From Octopus sinensis (lineage: Eukaryota), in contig NW_021835591.1 in the NCBI RefSeq assembly GCF_006345805.1, positions 1-27,834 on the forward strand: a stretch of 27,834 nucleotides of DNA, written 5' to 3'. Below the pieces are notes generated by a model. It made no database searches, was not told the origin of the DNA, and was given only the letters and a program-made list of their open reading frames with translations. This document shows, in pieces, positions 21,778-27,834 of this stretch. A program made the translations under genes and the position numbers. Position 1 is the stretch's first letter; each line of letters begins with the position of its first letter.

Positions 21778-23347
21778 TACCTTTCTCTTTATAAATGTCT
21801 TATAAATTCCACACAGCCTTGGCGTTGTTATCGTATTTTATTTAATACACACACATATATAAACGTATGCGTATTTTTTCAATGGAAAAATAATAATTTG
21901 GTTTTATGAGCTCACATATCTCACGAATCAGTCGATCCAGTGTAATCCGAGTGGTGTGGGGGTATGTGGATGAAGGGAGGATGCAAACAACGGAGAAAAT
22001 TCAGCTCATGTTCTAGTCATATTTCACCTCCTCAACAAAACATAAATTTGACTGTACCTGCAGAAGTAGTGACCAGAGAATTAGTAATTAGCGCTACAAT
22101 ACTGAACACAAGTAGGTGTGAATTAGCATGTCTACAATAATAGATCACTGAAGATAATTACGCAGAGACACTTTCCAGAATGCATTGGTGACTGTTATCT
22201 TCATTTCAAGTCGTGATACAAAATAAAGGTATCAAGCGGTACCCCCTACCGTTAAACTTAAACATGTGACCATTTCCTCCGATTATTTATGTATTTAATT
22301 TTGGTGAACTTAAATGTAAAGCTAAATAACAACCGTGAAGTATATGAGCTCATAAAACCAAATTTTAACTCCGGGTTGGATAATATTAAGCAGATTCCGT
22401 CTATCAAATTCCATACTTTGGTCAACTTGAGGCTATGGTACAAGACGCTTGCCAAAGTTTCTGCTTATTAGAATTGAGCATGGGTCTATGAGGTTATGGA
22501 AGCGAGGTTTTGAGCCATGCAGCTGTACTTGCGCCTTGCTCTGCTAAGAAATAAATGTTTATCAAGAATGTAATAAAAAACCATCGAGAGTGAGCGAGTG
22601 ACAGATATGAATCCATCAGCTCAGTCATCGTGACTTTTGTAGAAGAACTGTGAAGATCAGAGTGATTGAACATGTAACAGTATATCTTTGACAAGTTCTT
22701 TTTTTTTTCTTTTTAACACTACGAGGGGCATGAATGTTTGTGATATGACGATGATATTTCATTCTAGGATAAATACAATAATTGCAAAACACAGCACACT
22801 CACATACACACGTACACATGCGCACAATCATATAGAGACACACACAGGCACATGAAGAGAACGTTAGTGTTGAATAAAGAAAGAATTCCTGATACTCAAC
22901 AAATATTTAGATCGTAAAAAAAGTCGGTCAAATTGAGGCTACTAAAGTGTCGTCACTTATTTTTGCAGCGTATTTCAGTAAATATCTGTAATTGTATGCA
23001 AATAAATTCGAGAAAGTACATAAACGTCTCTTTAATTCGTAAAAAGCACATAGGCTACGCTTTTAAAAAGTGACCGAAACATATCATGTTCAATATATAA
23101 ATATTTACTTATATTCTAAACTTTATATAATGAAACGTGGCATTTGTGTTTGCATTTATGGGGTAATTTAATTCGTTTCTTTCTCTCTTCCTTAAATTAT
23201 TTTCCTTTTAAGAATGAGCCATTGAATCTAAGGGAATCCATGCATTTATCGAAATGTTTGCACTTGAGATTTATTACCTTTGAAAATAATAAGTCCAGAG
23301 ACGGGAAACTGTCAGATGTGTTGCCTTTAAATGAAGATGTATCTCAC

Positions 23348-23796
23348 CATTCAAATTACTAGCAAACAATTGAGGCATGAAGAAAGAAGATAATAAGGTA
23401 GAAGCATGAATTTATATGTGTCTATATATATGAAGAATTGATTCAGCGATTCATACTACAAGGCATGTCATTCATATTACAACATCAATAACGACACCGG
23501 TACAATACAGTCTAGCACTTTCTTCTTCGGTGTTCAGATCTCACCATATTCTATTCTTGCTTCTCATTCAAATTACTAGCAGACAGTTGAGACATGAAGA
23601 AAGAAGATAATAAGGTAGAACCATGAATTTATATGTGTGTATATATATATATATATGAAGAATTGATTCAGCGATTCATATTACAAGGCAAGTCATTCAT
23701 ATTACATCATCAATAACGACACCGGTACAATACATTCTAGCACTTTCTTTTCCGGTGTTCAAATCCTACCATATTCTATTCTTGCTCCTCATTCAA
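23348..23796. repeat. Tandem duplication of a ~217-bp unit (second copy starts at 23565)
   Basis: Two colinear copies beginning CATTCAAATTACTAGC. They differ by scattered substitutions and by (TA)n length. Confidence 0.9.
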
Positions 23797-23994
23797 CTGG
23801 AATCAACCGAAAATAATCTAATTGATTCAATTATTTACACTGAATCCGTTCCCAGGCCATAAGGTTTTGTGGTGGTCATCACGATCAGAAGGAATAAGAG
23901 GTACTGCAGTTGTCGTCGTCGTCGTCCACTTCCTCCTCCTCCTCCTCCTCCTCCTACTACTACTACTACTACCACTACGCCTCTTTTTTTCTTC

Positions 23995-25205
23995 TTTTTC
24001 AAATGCTATTAGATCTTAATCTAGTTACCGGAATCTGTAGGTCGACAATGCGTATCTCAGTTCCAATAGCCTTCAGTCTTTTAGGTAGTAGTTTGTACGT
24101 CAGGCTAAGTGCATCAGTAACTATAGGAACCATGTTCACTCTTGTTTCTCATAATCTCTTTTCTCGGTTTCCTTGATATCCATGCTACTATCAAATGGGA
24201 TTCTAAAGGCAATGATTTTGTATCGTTTGTTCTTCCTGTCTTCAACAATTATATCTAAACTCCTTGCTCTAATAGTATGATCAATCCCTATAGATAAATC
24301 CTGCTAAACCTTGTAACTGTCATTCACCATATTCGTTCTCGTTTTCAATTACTTCAAATTCTTTTACTCTTTTACTCTTTTACTTGTTTCAGTCATGTGA
24401 CTGCGGCCATGCTGGAGCACCGCCTTTAATCGAACAACTCGACCCCGGGACTTTTTCTTTGTAAGCCCAGTACTTATTCTATCGGTCTCTTTTGCCGAAC
24501 CGCTAAGTGACGGGACGTAAACACAGCAGCATCGGTTGTCAAGCAATGCTAGGGGGACAAACACAGACACACAAACATACACACACATTCATATATATAT
24601 ATATATACATATTATATATATATGACAGGCTTCTTTCAGTTTCCGTCTACCAAATCCACTCACAAGGCATTGGTCGGCCCGAGGTTATAGCAGAAGACAC
24701 TTACCCAAGATGCCACGCAGTGCGACTGAACCCGGAACCATGTGGTTGGTATGCCAGCTACTTACCACACAATGTTCCTAACATTACACTGTATTTTTTA
24801 TTGATAAGCATTTGACTGTGTTTATATTCTTTTGTTCTAGCGTACTGCACTCGCATAGCACATGATTATACTTTTTTCTCTTAATAAAACATTTGGAATT
24901 TACTGTCTGAATGACTTTTATCATTTTTAGTCGTGAACAAATTCGTTCCTATGATTTACTTCCTGGTGGTTGTAATTAGCATTTCATTTTATCACTTCAG
25001 GTTTCTATCTTTCAGCAATAATTAGCGTCCTTCACTTCCAACATCCTATGTTTATTACATGAATTGGTCATGTCATCATTTCTTTTTCCAGTGATTTGTC
25101 ATGTCGTTCTTTCTGCTCTTGAAATCTTCCATAGATTTAGCGACTTCTTGATATTTCTAGCTGCAAATAATTACCTTTCCTTACTATGCACAACATTTTT
25201 CAAAT
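23995..25205 (-). mobile_element. Old, heavily decayed R4/Dong-like element (zinc-knuckle region and RLE), split by a SINE
   Basis: 25150-24790 translates as HWKKK..HDQF...NLK..NEMLI...TN...DKSHSDSK....SI.HVLCECSTLEQKEYKH. 24330-24000 translates as IDHTIRARSLDIIVEDRKNKRYKIIAFRIPFDS...VPIVTDAL...KRLKAIG..IVDLQ. It has many stops. Confidence 0.75.
24361..24770 (-). mobile_element. Near full-length CORE-like tRNA SINE with an internal (TA)/(TG) microsatellite
   Basis: Head TGTGTGGTAAGTAGC...GGTTCCGGGTTCAGTC, core-like GGCATCTTGGGTAAGTGTCTTC, and tail (AGTAAAAG)n. It may correspond to one of the described octopus OK/OR SINEs, but I cannot assign which. Confidence 0.88.
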
Positions 25206-25226
25206 TGAAAATCGCTGTTCTATATT

Positions 25227-25407
25227 TAAGAGATGAGGAATTATGTACATTATTTACATTATTTACATTTGACGGATATTTGTTCTTATCATGTTTGTTG
25301 TTAACACAATGTTTCGGCTGATATACCCTCCAGGCTTCATCAGGTGTCTTGGGAAACTTCGAACCTGGGTTCTCATTCCTGAGGTATTTTTCGATGTTGT
25401 TATTACA

Positions 25408-25459
<52 letters not shown>

Positions 25460-25567
25460 TCACTCCCAGGAATCGAACTCGGAATCTTGGGGTTAGTAGC
25501 CCGCGTTCTTAACCACTACGCCATATGGCCCACGGGCATATGGCGTAGTGGTTAAGAGCGCGGACTA
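25227..25567 (-). mobile_element. tRNA-headed, hammerhead-containing SINE-like element (H3) with an inverted duplication of its 5' end
   Basis: A-box TGGCGTAGTGG (25513-25523), B-box GAGTTCGATTCC (25469-25480), (AAT)n, hammerhead at 25303-25348, and a (TGTAAATAA)n tail. 25534-25563 is the reverse complement of 25501-25531. Confidence 0.8.
25303..25348 (-). ncRNA. Minimal type I hammerhead ribozyme (H3), mutated copy
   Basis: GACAC-CTGATGA-A-G(C)CTG/loop/CAGCC-GAAA-C(A)TT|GTGTT. The 15311 fragment preserves ACGTT|GTGTT, giving palindromic ACGT and a GUU site. This copy has a helix II mismatch and G16.2 changed to A. Confidence 0.65.
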
Positions 25568-25569
25568 AG

Positions 25570-25640
25570 TTCGATGCAATCGACTAGCCCCTTCCCCAAA
25601 AGTTCCAGGCCTTGTACCTATAATAGAAAAGGATTATTAT
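25570..25640 (+). mobile_element. 3' fragment of the Meta-like SINE
   Basis: GATGCAATCGACTAGCCCC...GGCCTTGTACCTATAATAGAAAAGGATTATT. Confidence 0.7.
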
Positions 25641-25843
25641 TGCTTTTGCTGTTGTTTTTGTTGTTCGTGGCTGCAACCGAAATAGTTCTGAAAAGAGGCT
25701 CTCGGAAAATGCTAAAACGGAATCAAATTAGGACGTAAAAGACGGTCCACTTCAATGTACCTCTAACGCTCTCTCTCTCTCTGTCTCTCTCTTTCTCTGT
25801 TTCATTCTTAAAACAGAGAAGCGAGTGGGCTGTGAAATAGTTT

Positions 25844-26687
25844 CAAATTTGACACAAGGCAAGTAGTTTTTGAGGGGACTAGGTAAGGCGATTAACTTGA
25901 CTCCAGTACTTAACTAGTACTTTTTTTTATCGATCCTGAAATAATGAAAGACGAAGTCGAACGCCGCGGAATTTGAACTCAGAACGTAAAGACAGACGAA
26001 ATGCTGCTAAGTATTTGTCCGGCATGCTAATGATTCTTATTTCGTTATTGCCCCACAAGGGGCTAAAGATAGAGGGGATAGACAAGGACAGACGAAGGGA
26101 TTAAGTCGATTACATTGATCCCAGTGCGTAACTGGTGCTTAATTTGTCGACCCCGAAAGGATGAAAGGCAAAGTCGACCTCGGCGGAATTTGAACTCAGA
26201 ACGTAGCGGCAGACGAAATACCGCTAAGCATTTCGCCCGGCATGCTAACGACTCTGCTAGCTCACCACCTCTTCAATGGTGTAAAGAATGATTTCAAGTT
26301 GTGGCACAAGGCCAGTAATTTCGGGGGAAGGGATAAGTCGATTACGTCGACCCCACTGATCAACGTATACTTATTATATCGACCCAAATAGGATGAAAGG
26401 CAAAGTCGAATACCGCGGAATTTGAACTCAGAACGTAAGTACGGACGAGATACTTATTTCTTTATTGCCCACAAGGGGCTAAACGTAGAGGGGACAAACA
26501 AGGACAGATAAAGGGATTAAGTCGATTACATTGACCCCAGTGCGTAACTGGTACTTAATTTACCGACCCCGAAAGGATGAGAGGTAAAGTCGACCTTGGC
26601 GGAATTTGAACTCAGAACGTAAGTACGGACGAGATACTGCTAAGCATTTCGTCCGGCGTGCTAACGATTCTACCAGCTCGCCGCCTT
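25844..26687 (-). mobile_element. Second cluster of four Meta-like SINE copies (25844-26035, 26036-26270, 26291-26453, 26454-26687)
   Basis: Same head, body and tail motifs as 346-1631, in reverse orientation. Confidence 0.88.
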
Positions 26688-27085
26688 AATAATGTAAATA
26701 ATACGCATAAATATATATCTTTGGGAGAGCGCTTCTCAAACTTATGAGAGCAGCGAACGTAATGAATACAAAATGTCCCCAAAGTGATAAGGGTTAAGTA
26801 GCTATGAGATGATGATAACGATATGAGAGCGATTATATTTCATGAAAATTATATTAGTGAAGTAGATGATGGAGATGATGGAGATGATAGTAAAAGCTTT
26901 GGTGACTGGAGGAGTCGAAGGTAAATAAATTATGCTAATAACTATGACGTGTATAGCTGGAATGTTAGTTAATGTGAAATAAATAGCAACGTTATCGACA
27001 ATAAAATGGCGATCAGGTTACAATTAAATCCTCTGATGGTCAAGGAAATAGGGCAGGGTTAACACACTGGCATATTCGCCTGTTT

Positions 27086-27475
27086 GTGGAGGCGCAATGG
27101 CCCGGCGGTTAGGGCAGCGGACTCGCGGTCGTAGGATCGCGGTTTCGATTCCCAGACCGGGCGTTGTGAGTGTTTATTGAGCGAAAACACCTAAAAGCTC
27201 CACGAGGCTCCGGCAGGGGATGGTGGTGATCCCTGCTGTACTCTTTCACCACAATTTTCTCTCACTCTTACTTCCTGTTTCTGTTGTACTTGTATTTCAA
27301 AGGGCCGGCCTTGTTACTTTCTGTGTCACGCTGAATATCCCCGAGAACTACGTTAAGTGTACACGTGTCTGTGGAGTACTCAGCCACTTACACGTTAATT
27401 TCACGAGAAGGCTGTTCCGTTGATTCGGATCAACTGGAACCCTCATCGTCATAACCGACGGGGTGCTTCCCATCC
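27086..27475 (+). mobile_element. Full-length tRNA-derived SINE (19481 family) with TSD
   Basis: Colinear with 19481-19868. 12-bp TSD ATTCGCCTGTTT (27074-27085) and ATTCACCTGTTT (27476-27487). Confidence 0.93.
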
Positions 27476-27749
27476 ATTCACCTGTTTAGATGTTAGGGTT
27501 GAGCAATCGTAGTCTCAAGAATGGACAGAGCTAAATTTTACAGAAGAAAATAATGCTTAAGCACTTATATCGTTGAGCCACAACGTTCATATTTTCGTAG
27601 AGTGCGACCGAGTTCATTTTCATGCAGCTGATTGCGGTCAGAAATTGAATCTTTAAAACTGAAATTATTTTTGTTTGAAAATTCTTTCTGGTTTCAGTCA
27701 AAAGTGCTTCTTTCTTATCTCCTCCGTTTTTCTCTCCCTCCCCCCTCTC

Positions 27750-27797
<48 letters not shown>

Positions 27798-27834
27798 TCA
27801 CTGTATGCAATTCACTGCTCTTATATATATATAC

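Larger units (their letters stand above)
21434..21815. repeat. 101-bp inverted repeat (21434-21534 and 21715-21815, 2 mismatches), each arm containing a hammerhead
   Basis: The arms are reverse complements from TGTGTGGAATTTATA to GAGAGAAATA, with a 180-bp spacer. Confidence 0.9.

Noticed and set aside
22145-22180. CTGAAGA core start resembling PLE termini
   Set aside because: There is no downstream GAAA or helix III.
22258-22694. Adjacent minus-strand ORFs with hydrophobic stretches (possible membrane-protein exon)
   Set aside because: I see no recognisable motif or convincing splice signals. BLASTX or RNA-seq would be needed to support it.

Overview
This is an AT-rich, microsatellite-laden eukaryotic window. 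It is most likely octopod cephalopod DNA, an inference from the SINE families, and probably intronic or intergenic. I find no supportable host-gene exon, tRNA, rRNA or CRISPR array, and almost all listed ORFs are translations of simple repeats. The recognisable content is a retroelement graveyard: a Penelope-like (Neptune-type, RT + GIY-YIG) remnant, four R4/Dong-like non-LTR fragments at or near (TAA)n or related triplet tracts, a decayed LINE 3' end, three tRNA-derived SINE families, a 22-bp minisatellite with a 131-bp higher-order repeat, and a fold-back repeat. Two observations stand out. First, five minimal type I hammerhead ribozyme cores from three unrelated non-coding repeat families, all with a palindromic or near-palindromic (dimer-type) helix III; two families sit in or between long inverted repeats, and one is fused to a Pol III/tRNA-like head. 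Second, a SINE subfamily whose four copies are each followed directly by a decapitated copy of its sister SINE, suggesting SINE-into-SINE targeting. All structures were folded by eye and none was computed.
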